From Promethearchaeota archaeon (GTDB taxonomy: Archaea; Asgardarchaeota; Lokiarchaeia; Sigyniarchaeales; SOKP01): DNA of 64,000 nucleotides. Position numbers and translations under genes: made by a program. Position 1 is the first letter of the stretch. The number at the start of each line of letters is the position of its first letter. Shown here in pieces: positions 50,231 through 61,573 of the stretch. The notes beneath the pieces were generated by a model. That model saw nothing but the letters and a program-made list of their open reading frames with translations, was not told where the DNA came from and did no database searches. The stretch is from the NCBI GenBank assembly GCA_016839555.1, contig JAEOUA010000006.1, positions 64,001 through 128,000 on the forward strand, given 5' to 3'.

Positions 50231-52456
50231 TTAGGATGTTGCTAATGGAAGTGAAAAATAGAATGTAGAACCTTTATTTCTTCCCTCAGATTCCATCCAA
50301 ATTTTCCCTCCGTGTAATTCAATAATATATTTTGAGATATATAAGCCTAACCCAGAACCTCCTGGAATAATGTCTAAATTTTTACCGAATCGCTCCACTT
50401 TCCCAAACTCCGAAAATAAAAATTCTTTTTCATGTGGTTCAAATCCAATTCCATTATCTTTTATAGAGATGATGACTTCTTTATCACTTTTTTGCGCTTT
50501 TAGTTCTATTAATCCATTCGGAGGAGTAAATTTTATGGCATTACTAATCACATTTCTTAATACTTGATTAATAGCATTCCAATCAAATTCAAGGATTAAA
50601 TCTTCCTCAATAGTTGTTTGGAGGATATGCTTTCGGAGCTTCAGCAAACCCTCTAGATCTTTGAATGAGGCATGAATTAAGATTGATAAATTGTGTAATT
50701 CTTTTTGTATTTCTAACTTTTTTGATTTTACTTTAGAAGCATTTAGAATCTTTTCTATCAGATCTTCAAGGTGATTTACCCCATTATTAATCATCTCAAC
50801 CATTTCTAATGCCTCTCTATTTAGATTTAAGCGCTCCAAGCTCTTTAATAGTTCTGTGTATCCTTTAATTACAGTCAAAGGAGTCTTTAACTCATGAGAA
50901 GTTCTACTTAATAATTCTGAACGGAGTTGATTTAATTTAACTAATTCCTGCTGTACTTTAATACTTTCAGTGATATCTATAAAGGTAATAAAATCAGCTA
51001 ATTTTCCATTATATATGAGCGGTTTAGAATAATTATCCACCCAAATGATTGATCCATCTTTATTTATCAATCTAAATTTATAGTTTGTTTTAATATCTGT
51101 GTCCCCTCTCTGCTTTTTCGATAGTTGTTCAAAAACCATCGAACGGTCCTCTTCATAGATAACACTTTGAAGTTCTTTAAATGTCCAATTTTTTATTTCC
51201 TCTTCGCTATATCCACTTATTTCGCAAATTGTATTATTAAGATATTTTATTTGATTATCTTGAATAATTAGAATACCCAAAATTGATTGTTCGGCCAGTC
51301 TTCTAAAAAGTTCTTCAGATTCTTTTAATTTCTGTTGAGCTAATTTTCGTTCAGTAATATCCTTTGCTACCCCCAGAATTCCCGTAACTTTTCCCTCATC
51401 ATCAATTATAGGAATCCTACTACAAAGTACCCATCTTTTTCCCAAGTTAGTCTCCCATTCTTCTTCAATATCTAATTTCGGTTGTTTATTGTTGATCACT
51501 TCTAAATCATATTCCCAATAGCGTTGAGCACGGTCGTTGGGATATATATCAAAAGCATTTTTATTTTCTAGCTCACTTTTTTTATATCCGGATATTTGGG
51601 CATAAAAATCGTTGACCTTTATAAAATTATTTTCCGTATCTTTATAATAAATGGGGTCCGGAATATTATTGAAAATAAGTTCTAATTCTTTGCTTAAACT
51701 TCTATATTTTTCTTCCGATTTTTGAATCCTTTCTTTAGCCCTTTCTTTTTCCGATATATCTCTTAATATTGACAATTTTAGAATGTTTCCATTAATATCT
51801 CGAAATGGTGTTGAGAGAATATCATAAATTTTTTGATTTTTAGCATTATAATACGTTCGTTTTACCGATTCACCACTCTTTACTTTTGCAAAGTAACAAT
51901 GAGGGCAAGGGGAGGTTCTATCTAAGAAATATTCATAACATTTCATATTCGCACATTTTCCAAAAGTTCTTTCAATTATCGGATTGCAATAAAAAAGATC
52001 ATAATTTTCTTCAACAATATAAGCCCCATCTTCTAAAGTATCTAATATTTTCTCTAGATTTTTTTTCTGTATTTCTCTTTGTGATTCAATATGTTTTACA
52101 TCAGTTCTATCTCGAGCAAAAACAATAATAGTCTCATTATTATATAAGACATAGGTCTGCTCAAAATATTTTAGTTCCCCTTGTACCTTTAATGTCACCT
52201 CTGCTTTTTGAATTGTTTTTGTGTTAAATACTCTTTTTATATTTCTCATAAATTTTTCTGCAAGATATTCAGGAAAAACTTCATCGACGGTTTTACCTAG
52301 AAATTCTTCTGGGGGGGCAGCAAGATATTTCTGATTACCGATAAAATCTAGAAATTTACCCTCCTTGGTAAGAAGGAAGATTAAATCTCCATAAATATCA
52401 AAAGATTTCTTTAGAATCTTTTTTAGTTTAAATTTATCAGAACGTCTTATCTTCAA
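50231..52456 (-). CDS. Multi-PAS sensor histidine kinase
   Basis: About 4 PAS domains (one with C..C...PC..C), SHELKTPL, NAIKFT, DNGIG, GSGLGL, GSTFYF. Confidence 0.93.
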   Translation of the reverse strand: MKIRRSDKFKLKKILKKSFDIYGDLIFLLTKEGKFLDFIGNQKYLAAPPEEFLGKTVDEVFPEYLAEKFMRNIKRVFNTKTIQKAEVTLKVQGELKYFEQTYVLYNNETIIVFARDRTDVKHIESQREIQKKNLEKILDTLEDGAYIVEENYDLFYCNPIIERTFGKCANMKCYEYFLDRTSPCPHCYFAKVKSGESVKRTYYNAKNQKIYDILSTPFRDINGNILKLSILRDISEKERAKERIQKSEEKYRSLSKELELIFNNIPDPIYYKDTENNFIKVNDFYAQISGYKKSELENKNAFDIYPNDRAQRYWEYDLEVINNKQPKLDIEEEWETNLGKRWVLCSRIPIIDDEGKVTGILGVAKDITERKLAQQKLKESEELFRRLAEQSILGILIIQDNQIKYLNNTICEISGYSEEEIKNWTFKELQSVIYEEDRSMVFEQLSKKQRGDTDIKTNYKFRLINKDGSIIWVDNYSKPLIYNGKLADFITFIDITESIKVQQELVKLNQLRSELLSRTSHELKTPLTVIKGYTELLKSLERLNLNREALEMVEMINNGVNHLEDLIEKILNASKVKSKKLEIQKELHNLSILIHASFKDLEGLLKLRKHILQTTIEEDLILEFDWNAINQVLRNVISNAIKFTPPNGLIELKAQKSDKEVIISIKDNGIGFEPHEKEFLFSEFGKVERFGKNLDIIPGGSGLGLYISKYIIELHGGKIWMESEGRNKGSTFYFSLPLATS

Positions 52457-52933
52457 AAAGTTAGTACCTCAATATAATTAAATCGTAATAAAAAACTAAG
52501 AACGTGCTAAAATAAATATGAATTTATATTTATTTAAATTTATTTTAATATTTTAAAGAAAAACTATAATATATCTATAGACGATGTCTAACTAATAGAT
52601 TTTAAGAGAACTCATCATTATTTATCATTTTTAGGATATACACTTAGCTAATATATCATTTTATTTTTTTCTGGGAATATGTAGTGAAAATATTACATTT
52701 TTTTAACATCATTTTCATTTAGATGAATGATAGGTATAGATCTATAACGTATATTAACTTTTGGTTGAGAATTTGATTATAAATTTAATATAACTGGCTA
52801 ACCTATTTAAGGGCTTAAAAACGCACCACAATTAACTCTCAATATTTGAACTCCTTCAGAATCATAGGATAATTACTCATATAACCAAATATTTCATATA
52901 TACATTTTTATAGAAAGAAGGATAATATCCTAT

Positions 52934-53827
52934 ATGGCAAAAATTATTACCCATTCCGGAAGTGCCCATCTTGATGATTTTCTTTCCGCATGCTTAATTT
53001 TATCTAAATATGATGAAGTAAATGAAATTTATAGAAAAGCAGAAGTGTCTGAGGAAGAATTAAAGGATAAAACTATCTGGAAAGTTGATGTGGGAATGAT
53101 TCATGACCCAACCATTAAGGCATTTGACCATCATCAAGAAGGCATCGAAGATTGTGCATTCTCTTTGTTATTGAAATATTGGGATCTCTGGGAACAGGCG
53201 AAAGAAATTTATTCATGGATTCCAGCGATGGTTAAAATAGATACTTCCGGCTTAGATTCTGTATTAAACTACCATCGAATTTCGTATGATACCTATTTCC
53301 GTTTAATGAACTCGTTTGTCGAAGAGTCTATAATGAATTGGTTTCAAAAATGCGAGATAATAAGTAAAAAAAAAAATAAATTGCTCTTCTACACTATGAA
53401 AGGTATTGGAAAGCAATTTTTTGCGGGAATAAATAATTACCAACAATTATTAGAAGATTTTGAATCTAATCTTGATGTGAAAGTGGTAAGTTCCCAAGGT
53501 ATTGAAGAAGATATTCAAAAAGGGATCCCTATTTTCTTCTATTTAACAAAAAAACCTAATTATACCTCCAACCTAGATAGGGTATTTTATTTGTATAAAA
53601 ATAAGTATTTCCCCAATTATCATGGCACCTGGATTACCGCATTTACCTATGATCGTCCTGAAAAAACTATTTGCTTACGACGCCATGGAAATCCGAGTAA
53701 AGTAGATTTATCGAAATTAGAAAGCCTTGAAAACACGGAATTTGCTCATCCAAAAGGCTATGTAGCTGTGGTAAAGAAAATGTCGGAGGTTGAATTAACT
53801 AATTATATTCAACATTCTATCCTTTAA
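52934..53827 (+). CDS. MYG1/DHH-like phosphoesterase
   Basis: IITHSG.AH.DD, VDVG, FDHHQ, F.H..G.V. Confidence 0.7.
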   Translation: MAKIITHSGSAHLDDFLSACLILSKYDEVNEIYRKAEVSEEELKDKTIWKVDVGMIHDPTIKAFDHHQEGIEDCAFSLLLKYWDLWEQAKEIYSWIPAMVKIDTSGLDSVLNYHRISYDTYFRLMNSFVEESIMNWFQKCEIISKKKNKLLFYTMKGIGKQFFAGINNYQQLLEDFESNLDVKVVSSQGIEEDIQKGIPIFFYLTKKPNYTSNLDRVFYLYKNKYFPNYHGTWITAFTYDRPEKTICLRRHGNPSKVDLSKLESLENTEFAHPKGYVAVVKKMSEVELTNYIQHSIL

Positions 53828-53841
53828 TGCAGCATTAAAGA

Positions 53842-54747
53842 TTATTTTAGCATATACCCATCATTCTTCTTTTCTATCTTTTTTTCCACTAGAAGCTTGT
53901 CAAAATGCTTTTGAATCATGGTTTTTTCGATTGCCAGCAAGAATGGTTTGAGAAAGTCATATCGCTTGTAGATTATATTTTTTTCTAACAAGTCTTCTGG
54001 TGTTCTGGGTTTGGTTTCGGATAATAAAGCCTTGATCATTTCTTCTCTTCTTATAAAAATCGATTTATATTTTTCTAATTCGTGCCTTATTAGCTTTTTT
54101 CCTTTATAAAGACCGCTATGGCCGGTCACAACAGTTTCCAAGTCTAGGTTTAGGACCTTATCAATGGATTCTATAAATTCTATAACATCCGAATCTGTAC
54201 CACCGTACCACGGACCAAACGTAGAGAGATCGATATCTCCTAGAAATGCGAACTTTAATTCAGGAATATGAAATATACAATGACCAATAGAATGCCCCGG
54301 AGCATATATTATTTTTACTTGGATATCATTTCCAATGGTTATCATGTCATTATGTTCAAATGTTCCCTCAATTTTGATTCCATAGGCATCAATTATATCT
54401 GATAAATATAACTTAAATTGCGGCTCAGCAGGGGTGTTTCGAATTTCGTATAAATCAAGCAACTTATCTATATCTTCGATTATGGGTTTGGATTCTGGAT
54501 GGCAATAAAAAGGGATATCCGAGAAAATATTGCACTCCCTTATATGGTCATCATGCCAATGGCTAAAAAGGAGCTTTTTTATCTCAAAGGTTTTTTTTAC
54601 TTTTTTAAGCCGTGTGGCGGAGACTCCAGTATCGATTAAATAATCACCCAGCACCATCGAATTCGAATAAGGAACTCTTCCTTTTCTCTGCCCTTGAATA
54701 AAGAAAATATTCGCATCTTTGAAGAGGGGTACAATGTAATCAATCAT
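53842..54747 (-). CDS. MBL-fold metallo-hydrolase
   Basis: IDTG, SHWHDDH, PGHS.GH, GDIDL, TGH. Confidence 0.88.
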   Translation of the reverse strand: MIDYIVPLFKDANIFFIQGQRKGRVPYSNSMVLGDYLIDTGVSATRLKKVKKTFEIKKLLFSHWHDDHIRECNIFSDIPFYCHPESKPIIEDIDKLLDLYEIRNTPAEPQFKLYLSDIIDAYGIKIEGTFEHNDMITIGNDIQVKIIYAPGHSIGHCIFHIPELKFAFLGDIDLSTFGPWYGGTDSDVIEFIESIDKVLNLDLETVVTGHSGLYKGKKLIRHELEKYKSIFIRREEMIKALLSETKPRTPEDLLEKNIIYKRYDFLKPFLLAIEKTMIQKHFDKLLVEKKIEKKNDGYMLK

Positions 54748-54918
54748 TTGCAGTTTTCATACCTAAACCTTTTAACTATATTTTAAATAATAATGGATTT
54801 TATAAGAAATTAGTGCCAGTTAATTTAAAGTTGAAAGGTATAAGAAAAGATATTATTTAAATTTCAAATAGTGCTTTTGATTTCTGCATTTGCTGTCCCT
54901 AGTACCAAACATATAAAT

Positions 54919-56178
54919 TCACTTTTGAATTGTTTTTTCTTCTTTTTCTCTTGGAACGGGCAAATGCATTATATTTTTTATACGATGTCTTTTTCTTTTT
55001 AAATAATTGAACAAGATTTTTTTTATCATGGTTCTAATAATCTTTTTACCTCTTCTTTTGGTCTTGTGAAGAATTTTTTCCCCTATTGCCATTTCTACTA
55101 ATTCAAATAAGTGATAAATGGGCATCCATTTTCGCGAATAACTTTGTACAGTGCTAAAATACCAATTGCAGCCTCCACAGTAATTTATGATAAGATCAGC
55201 TTCAGTTTTTTTGAATTCTTTTATCCTCTTTTTTGCAGATTTAAAAGCATAAATTATGCTATAATTTGCCGCTGCCGCTCCAATACCACAACATAGGGCA
55301 TTTTCACGAGTATGTTCCGGCTCAATAATGTCAATTCCGATCTTTTTTAAAATCTCTCTTACTTTATTGAAAAAAATATCTCCACTTGCTTTTGGCCAAC
55401 AGTTATCATGGATTACAGCTTTTAAATCAAGCTTAGTAATCTTGTATTTGCCCGTATTTAATTCTTCCTCTAACCAATCAATAAACGAGATTACTTCAAA
55501 GTCAAACTTAATATCGTAAACTTTTTCATAGACTTCTTTAAGTAAATGATAGCCCGCAAGACAACCCATAATTAACTTCTTAAACCCAATTTTATTAAAC
55601 TGTTTTTGTAGATAATATCCTACTTGTTCAGCGGCATCTAAGCAACCCATTCGATAAAGAGGCTCTCCGCAACATAATTCTGGAGATCCAAATATTGGAA
55701 TTTCGTTAAACAACTTGGAATTAAGAAGATATGGTTGAAGAAGCAGGTTACAACCCGTGTAAAACATAATTAGATTGTTTTTAGGAGGATTTTTCCAATT
55801 GTTTTCCCATTTCTCAATAAAATTTTTCTCATCCTCAGGAAGTTTCTTTTTATATATCGTGTATAAGTTTGGAAAATGATAAGGTAGCACTAATTTAGAA
55901 CGAGCAGGAAGACCTTTATCAAGATATCTCTCGTTCCAACAATTTAGTATTAAGGTATGAGGATTGCAGTTATTTGGACAATAATGATTACATGCCATAC
56001 AGCTCGTACATTTTCTTAAAACGGTCTTGGATTTCCCTTGTTCTACGAGTGATTTAATTTCTTCTTTCGCTTCTTCAAGTGGTAATTCCAATACAGGACA
56101 TTTATGAAAACATATTCCACAATAATCACAATTATGTTCGTTAAAATTTTTAGAAAATTGGAATCTTTGTAGAGTCAT
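54919..56178 (-). CDS. Fe-S binding oxidoreductase (HdrD/GlpC-like, CCG domains)
   Basis: CDYCGICFHKCP, CTSCMACNHYCP, CCGEP, HDNC, CCG, CGGC. Confidence 0.88.
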   Translation of the reverse strand: MTLQRFQFSKNFNEHNCDYCGICFHKCPVLELPLEEAKEEIKSLVEQGKSKTVLRKCTSCMACNHYCPNNCNPHTLILNCWNERYLDKGLPARSKLVLPYHFPNLYTIYKKKLPEDEKNFIEKWENNWKNPPKNNLIMFYTGCNLLLQPYLLNSKLFNEIPIFGSPELCCGEPLYRMGCLDAAEQVGYYLQKQFNKIGFKKLIMGCLAGYHLLKEVYEKVYDIKFDFEVISFIDWLEEELNTGKYKITKLDLKAVIHDNCWPKASGDIFFNKVREILKKIGIDIIEPEHTRENALCCGIGAAAANYSIIYAFKSAKKRIKEFKKTEADLIINYCGGCNWYFSTVQSYSRKWMPIYHLFELVEMAIGEKILHKTKRRGKKIIRTMIKKILFNYLKRKRHRIKNIMHLPVPREKEEKTIQK

Positions 56179-56293
56179 TATATTAATTATTTTTTTAGCA
56201 GTAATAAAATTTTAAAATGTTTTCCAAAGGGTAAGGAACCTCTGATATTTTAGAGAGCTTGAAGATATCTTTAAAATGAAATCAAATATCTTA

Positions 56294-56410
56294 TGATAAA
56301 ATCGGGAGATTGTTTCATACACTCTCGTGTGCCTTTCTTTTCAAGCAGTTTTTTCCCATTTAAGCGATATTATTGGCGGGATGAGTCCCAGCAAATTCCA
56401 CTTCAATTGA
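56294..56410 (-). pseudogene. Frameshifted fragment of a paralog of the ArsC/LMW-PTP gene at 57262-57657
   Basis: SIEVEFAGTHPANNIA/NGKKLLEKKGTRECMKQSPDFI vs intact SFEVESAGTHPATHIAHNGKELLEREGSREYVKPSPDKI, with one 1-nt deletion. Confidence 0.8.
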
Positions 56411-56470
56411 AGAAAGTGTTTATACAAAGATCTAAAAAATATAAGGTAATATATCTCATACTAAGCCCCC

Positions 56471-56812
56471 TTATATCTTTTTATTCTTCAATTTATTAAT
56501 CTTATCTTTAAATTCGGGTAAATCTTTTATTATTGTTTCCCAGGTTAGATCTAAATCAATTCCAAAATATTGATGAATTAAGATATCTCGCATCCCTGCT
56601 ATTTCTTTCCAAGGGATATTATTATTTTTCTTCTTAATTGATTCATTTAAGTTTTTGACAGCTTCACCAATGATTTCAATCCTTCTAATTATTGAATCTT
56701 GTAATTGTTTTGAATTCAAAAAATCATTTTTATTTTTGTCTTTAATATATTCTTCAATTAAATTTATTGATTCTAAAATATGTTCTATAAAGATTCTATT
56801 ATCTTTATTCAT
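56471..56812 (-). CDS. HEPN (DUF86) ribonuclease toxin, HepT-like
   Basis: EIIGEA.K, IPWK.IAGMRDILIHQYFG (RxxxxH plus Tyr). Confidence 0.92.
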   Translation of the reverse strand: MNKDNRIFIEHILESINLIEEYIKDKNKNDFLNSKQLQDSIIRRIEIIGEAVKNLNESIKKKNNNIPWKEIAGMRDILIHQYFGIDLDLTWETIIKDLPEFKDKINKLKNKKI

Positions 56813-57096
56813 AATATCTCAACTTGTTCATTTAAAATTTGTTCTTTCAATAATGGATTTATTGAATTATATGTAAGAAGATCAACCTCACATTGTAATA
56901 CTTCTTGAAGTTCTAATTTTAATCGAGATAAATCCAATAAACTTTTTTTACCTTCAAACTGTATTAATAAATCAATATCACTATCCTCGCTTCTTTTACC
57001 TCTAACAATAGAGCCAAAAAGAGAAGCATGGGTTACATCATGCTTTTTCAAAATATCAACAATTATAGCTTTAACATCATCTATTTGATTTGACAT
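56809..57096 (-). CDS. Minimal nucleotidyltransferase antitoxin, MntA-like
   Basis: LFGS.VRG....DSDIDL, VDL; 4-nt overlap with the HEPN gene. Confidence 0.92.
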   Translation of the reverse strand: MSNQIDDVKAIIVDILKKHDVTHASLFGSIVRGKRSEDSDIDLLIQFEGKKSLLDLSRLKLELQEVLQCEVDLLTYNSINPLLKEQILNEQVEIL

Positions 57097-57261
57097 TATT
57101 TCATGAACTCTTCTTCTATTTTTTTATCATTAGTTTATATGATCCAATTTAAAAGTTTTCTAAAAATTTTTTCTCTTTCTTGGAGTTAAATATTTTCTTT
57201 TTTTAATGAATATCAATTAATCAGAAGTTTTTTAAAATTTTATAATTTTTCTCTATCTTTT

Positions 57262-57657
57262 CTATAATTTAGAAGATAATCCTTTAACATTTTCATTAAT
57301 TTGTCTAAATGCCTCCTCTGGCTCAATAGTGGGATTGATAGGGTCATCAATATCCCAATTGATTATTTTTTCTTCCGAGACCTTGAAATTCTCAAGGATA
57401 TAATTTTTATGCCATTGTTTGAATACCACAATCAGATTTGCCTCATCAATCGCTCTCTGGGTGATTTTATCGGGAGATGGTTTCACATACTCTCGTGAGC
57501 CTTCCCTTTCAAGAAGTTCTTTACCATTATGAGCAATATGGGTGGCGGGATGGGTTCCAGCAGATTCCACTTCAAAAGATGGATGAAATCGTCTAGTAAG
57601 CGCTTCCGCTATGGGACTTCGAAAACTGTTTCCAGTACATACGTACAGCACTCTCAT
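57262..57657 (-). CDS. Low-molecular-weight phosphatase/arsenate reductase family protein
   Basis: VLYVCTGNSFRS..AE, SAGT.P, W.IDDP; only one Cys, so it lacks the resolving cysteines of Trx-type ArsC. Confidence 0.85.
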   Translation of the reverse strand: MRVLYVCTGNSFRSPIAEALTRRFHPSFEVESAGTHPATHIAHNGKELLEREGSREYVKPSPDKITQRAIDEANLIVVFKQWHKNYILENFKVSEEKIINWDIDDPINPTIEPEEAFRQINENVKGLSSKL

Positions 57658-57785
57658 TTTATTTGATAATCTTTTTCGCTTTATTTTTTTTATGATTTAG
57701 GTTGAAAAATTTTAAAAATATTCAAGATCAACAAAAATATATAGCTAATAGTGAATATCAAACACTATTATTTCCAAAATTTATG

Positions 57786-58610
57786 CTAAATTCTTTTTAA
57801 GAAGAAATTTTTTAAATGCTTCGCAATAACTTGAGGAATTTCTTGATTAATATTATGATGTACCTCTGGAAAACTATAGAATTCACTATTCGGAATTAAT
57901 TGTGATAATCTTTTCCCATTATCGACTTTCATTAATTCATCTTTTTCTCCATGTAAAATTATAACTGGGATGGTTAATTTTTGTAAATTTTTTTCCAGAT
58001 TAAATGAACTAAAAATATTTTCGGGTAACACGAGAAGTGTATCATCTAAAATTAAGAAATTTTCTTTAATCTTTTTTTTAAAAATATCTGGATGGTTCTC
58101 TAACATTTTTTTTGTAAGTGTTAAGCTAACTTTCATTTTAGATCCTTTTTTTGATAATGGAATTTTTCCTGTCATTTGATTTGTTGATTTGGGAAGATTA
58201 AAACTTGAAGTGGTCGCTCCTAATCCTATAGCATTTAGTGTATATTCATGCTTTATCGCATACATCTGAGCAATCAAACCCCCCATACTTACGCCATATA
58301 TAAAGAATTTCTCTGGTTTTGGATTATTTACAATATTTAACCCTAATAATAATTCATGACAATCTTCAACAAATTGTGGAAGTGAATATATTTTTGCTGT
58401 TTCTTCAAAGGTTTCTTTAATAGGTTTATCAGACTTACCATGCCCTCTATTATCCCAGCTCAAGCAAGTAAAATCATTCTTTAAGTAGGATATGAGATAG
58501 GCAAAACTTGCATGACTTGAGGTATATCCGTGATTTAAAACTAAGAAAGGGCCATTACCTTTAATTCTATACCATATTTTTGTTCCATCCCTTAACTTAA
58601 ATCTTGACAT
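57786..58610 (-). CDS. Alpha/beta hydrolase
   Basis: HG, D.RGHGKS, GVSMGG nucleophile elbow, HGEKD, HH. Confidence 0.9.
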   Translation of the reverse strand: MSRFKLRDGTKIWYRIKGNGPFLVLNHGYTSSHASFAYLISYLKNDFTCLSWDNRGHGKSDKPIKETFEETAKIYSLPQFVEDCHELLLGLNIVNNPKPEKFFIYGVSMGGLIAQMYAIKHEYTLNAIGLGATTSSFNLPKSTNQMTGKIPLSKKGSKMKVSLTLTKKMLENHPDIFKKKIKENFLILDDTLLVLPENIFSSFNLEKNLQKLTIPVIILHGEKDELMKVDNGKRLSQLIPNSEFYSFPEVHHNINQEIPQVIAKHLKNFFLKRI

Positions 58611-58868
58611 TTTTTTCTCTCTTTATAATTAACAATAATATAAATTGTGGGGATTTAATTATATATGAAATTTTTCTACGTGATTATTAATATAATATAA
58701 AGGAGAATTTGAATTTATAAATGGTATTTATTTATAGAAAGAAATTTATGGAATCTTTGCAAAACTAGAAATACGATAAAAATATAAACGTTGACGACCA
58801 ACTCGAAATATTTTCTCAAGGGTTTTATATTTATTAAATATGAAAACAAAAAAAACAAATCTTGTGGA

Positions 58869-59567
58869 TTAGTAAAAATAAATTAGATTTAGATATAAAT
58901 TTCTTCTTGAAACATAAAAAGGAATATAAAATAGATATGCTCCAATTAGTGCCCCTGCTATGTTTAAAATAATGCCAAATATAGCTAAAATACCTCCAAT
59001 TTTTACAAGCTTATTATCTGATTCATTATATATTGCTTTCCTTCTTATTCTTCTTGCACCCTGTCCTAAAATAAAACCCGCAATCCCGAATAGGATCAAT
59101 ACTACTCCAGATACATGTGCCACAAGTCTTAATCCGTCTTCCAAAACCATTTCAGGTGCAGGATAAAACCATAAATCAATAGAAAAATAATTAAAATAAT
59201 ACAAAAGAGATATTATATCATATTTTAAATAAACAGATGAATTCATTATAAAAATAAGATATAGCCCAATAATAATAGAATGTAATGCCAATAAAAAAGA
59301 AACAATTGCGAGTATGAAACACCTTATTGAATATTTTCCAATTGTTCCTTTCTTTTTAATTGGAACTTGCTGATAAGGAGTTAACCCTCGAGTAGAATAA
59401 ATCGATCTAGAAGTATATTCTGGAGAGGAGGCAGTTGCTGATTTAGTAGGAGATACCTCCTTCTTAGGTTGAACTCTTTCAATATTTAATTTTAGGGCTG
59501 TTCCACAATGAATGCAGTAATTCTGAGCTGATGTTCTTAATTTTTCGCCACAATTAGGACAATACAA
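58869..59567 (-). CDS. Zinc-ribbon domain membrane protein
   Basis: YCPNCG...YCIHCG, followed by about 3 TM helices. Confidence 0.75.
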   Translation of the reverse strand: MYCPNCGEKLRTSAQNYCIHCGTALKLNIERVQPKKEVSPTKSATASSPEYTSRSIYSTRGLTPYQQVPIKKKGTIGKYSIRCFILAIVSFLLALHSIIIGLYLIFIMNSSVYLKYDIISLLYYFNYFSIDLWFYPAPEMVLEDGLRLVAHVSGVVLILFGIAGFILGQGARRIRRKAIYNESDNKLVKIGGILAIFGIILNIAGALIGAYLFYIPFYVSRRNLYLNLIYFY

Positions 59568-59893
59568 GGTCCTTACTCATAATAATTATTTTAATCTATA
59601 TAAAAACTATATCTAATTCTTTTAATTTAATAAATTATTATAGACACATACCAAATGGAAAGTCGTATATAAAAATTTTATATAGTCCAGTTTTTTTTTT
59701 GAGTTCTTAATTCTAAATTAAAAAATATATCATTTTAAAGAGGAATGAAAGGAGCCCAAGAAATAAAAATACAAGTGATTTAGAAATCCAAACATTCCAA
59801 GAGTAAATAATTTTAAAGAAAGAAGTCTTTTCTATAAAATTAAAGAAAAATTAAAATTAAAAAAAAAGTAAATTTTCTTTTACTAGAATTTTT

Positions 59894-61573
59894 TTAAGCT
59901 GCATCCCATTTACCTTCAGCACGAGCTTTTCCTATATCCTCCTCGATTCTTTGCGTTAGAGTCACATAATCGGTTTTTGCCACGCGATTGAGTGGAAACT
60001 CATCGATAAAGACCACCAACGAGGGTCGCTTATAGGAGGCCATCCCTTTGCAATGTTCCAATACTTCCTCCTCTGTAAGCGTCTTACCTTCCTTCACCTT
60101 GATGTAAGCTATGATGCCTTCCGTGAATACTTCATGTTTCGCTCCTACAACCCCCACCGATTCGACTTCCGGAAGTTCTGCGATATAAGCCTCCACTTCT
60201 GGGGGAAATACTTGATAGCCTTTTGGTTTTATAAGGAATTTCCTCCTTCCTTCCAGATGTAAGCCATCATCACCAATATATCCCATATCACCCGTATATA
60301 AGTAACCATCATTTGTGAGCGTTTTATTGGTAGCTTCTTCATTGCTAAAATAGCCCACAAATGTCTGCAGTCCTTTATAGCAAATTTCCCCAATCTCTCC
60401 TTTAGGTAATTCTTCACCCGCCGTTCCATCAGCATTCATAGGATTCCGAATTGACATTGGATAAATGGGAAAATCATGCCCTAATGCCGTCATAAAATCC
60501 TCCCAATTCTCTTTCACTTGAATATAGGAACAAAATCCAGATGTTTCTGTTAAGCCTAATCCGCCCCCTATCGTCGGCGCCATTTTTCTCAATTTCTCTA
60601 AGAAGGGGCGATCCACCGATTGTCCCGCACAAATTACAAATCTGAGGGAACTTAAATCATAATCGGAATAGTTTGGGAGTCGCCATTGCATCGCAAACAA
60701 GGCAGGAATCTGCCCCAACACCGTAGCCTTGTATTTTTGAATCGCATCCAAAGTTTTTTCCGCATCAAATATATGTAAAACGATGTCCGTTCCGTTCCCA
60801 AATAAGGTCGTCATAAATTGTTCTGTGGTGCCACCTACATGTGAAGGGGGCAAGTTTACAATCATTTTATCTGATGATTCTAACCCGAAGGCTTGTGCTA
60901 AGCACATGTTTTGACAGGTGATGCCTTCATTTTTTAACATGGCAGGCTTCGGAAATCCCGTACTCCCGGTTGTAAACACAATCATCACCGGGTCTTTCTC
61001 TCCCACCTTCGCACATTCTTCCCGGAAGTTTTTCATTGATGCGGGGTTTTGTATGGCTTCCTTATATTCTTGTTCCGCCTCTTGAGAAATCTCGTATGCT
61101 GGTGTAATACCTTTCCGATATCTGTCGTCTGGGGTGCTGAATTGGACTACATACTCTAACCACGGATTATTTTTCATCACTGCAGCTCCAATCATTCCGA
61201 AATTCGCAACCGCGGTTTTTCCAAGATGGCAATACATTTTAGCTTTCTCTTTGACGATTTCCAAACAGCGCATAATTTCGGGCGGCTTTAATCTCAAGTC
61301 TAACGGCGTCCACATCACTCCCAGCTTCGCACAAGCATAGCCCAGAATGATATGGGTATCTAAATAGGGAAGCGAGGTGACAACGATATCACCTTTCCTA
61401 AATCCCATATTGTATAACTTAAACGCCATCACATCAATGTGCGTTTGAAATTCTTTATATGTATATTTTTTTCCCGTATCATAAATAATAAATGCTTCTT
61501 TATCCGACGTTTGCTCAGCCCATTTATCTATAACGCCGCATATAGTATGCGGATATTGCTCAAACTCTTCCAA
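59894..61573 (-). CDS. Acyl-CoA synthetase / class I adenylate-forming enzyme
   Basis: FTTGSTGFPK, GLTET, GEI, YTGDMG, GR.K..IK..G..V.P.EVE, YKRP. Confidence 0.92.
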   Translation of the reverse strand: MEEFEQYPHTICGVIDKWAEQTSDKEAFIIYDTGKKYTYKEFQTHIDVMAFKLYNMGFRKGDIVVTSLPYLDTHIILGYACAKLGVMWTPLDLRLKPPEIMRCLEIVKEKAKMYCHLGKTAVANFGMIGAAVMKNNPWLEYVVQFSTPDDRYRKGITPAYEISQEAEQEYKEAIQNPASMKNFREECAKVGEKDPVMIVFTTGSTGFPKPAMLKNEGITCQNMCLAQAFGLESSDKMIVNLPPSHVGGTTEQFMTTLFGNGTDIVLHIFDAEKTLDAIQKYKATVLGQIPALFAMQWRLPNYSDYDLSSLRFVICAGQSVDRPFLEKLRKMAPTIGGGLGLTETSGFCSYIQVKENWEDFMTALGHDFPIYPMSIRNPMNADGTAGEELPKGEIGEICYKGLQTFVGYFSNEEATNKTLTNDGYLYTGDMGYIGDDGLHLEGRRKFLIKPKGYQVFPPEVEAYIAELPEVESVGVVGAKHEVFTEGIIAYIKVKEGKTLTEEEVLEHCKGMASYKRPSLVVFIDEFPLNRVAKTDYVTLTQRIEEDIGKARAEGKWDAA

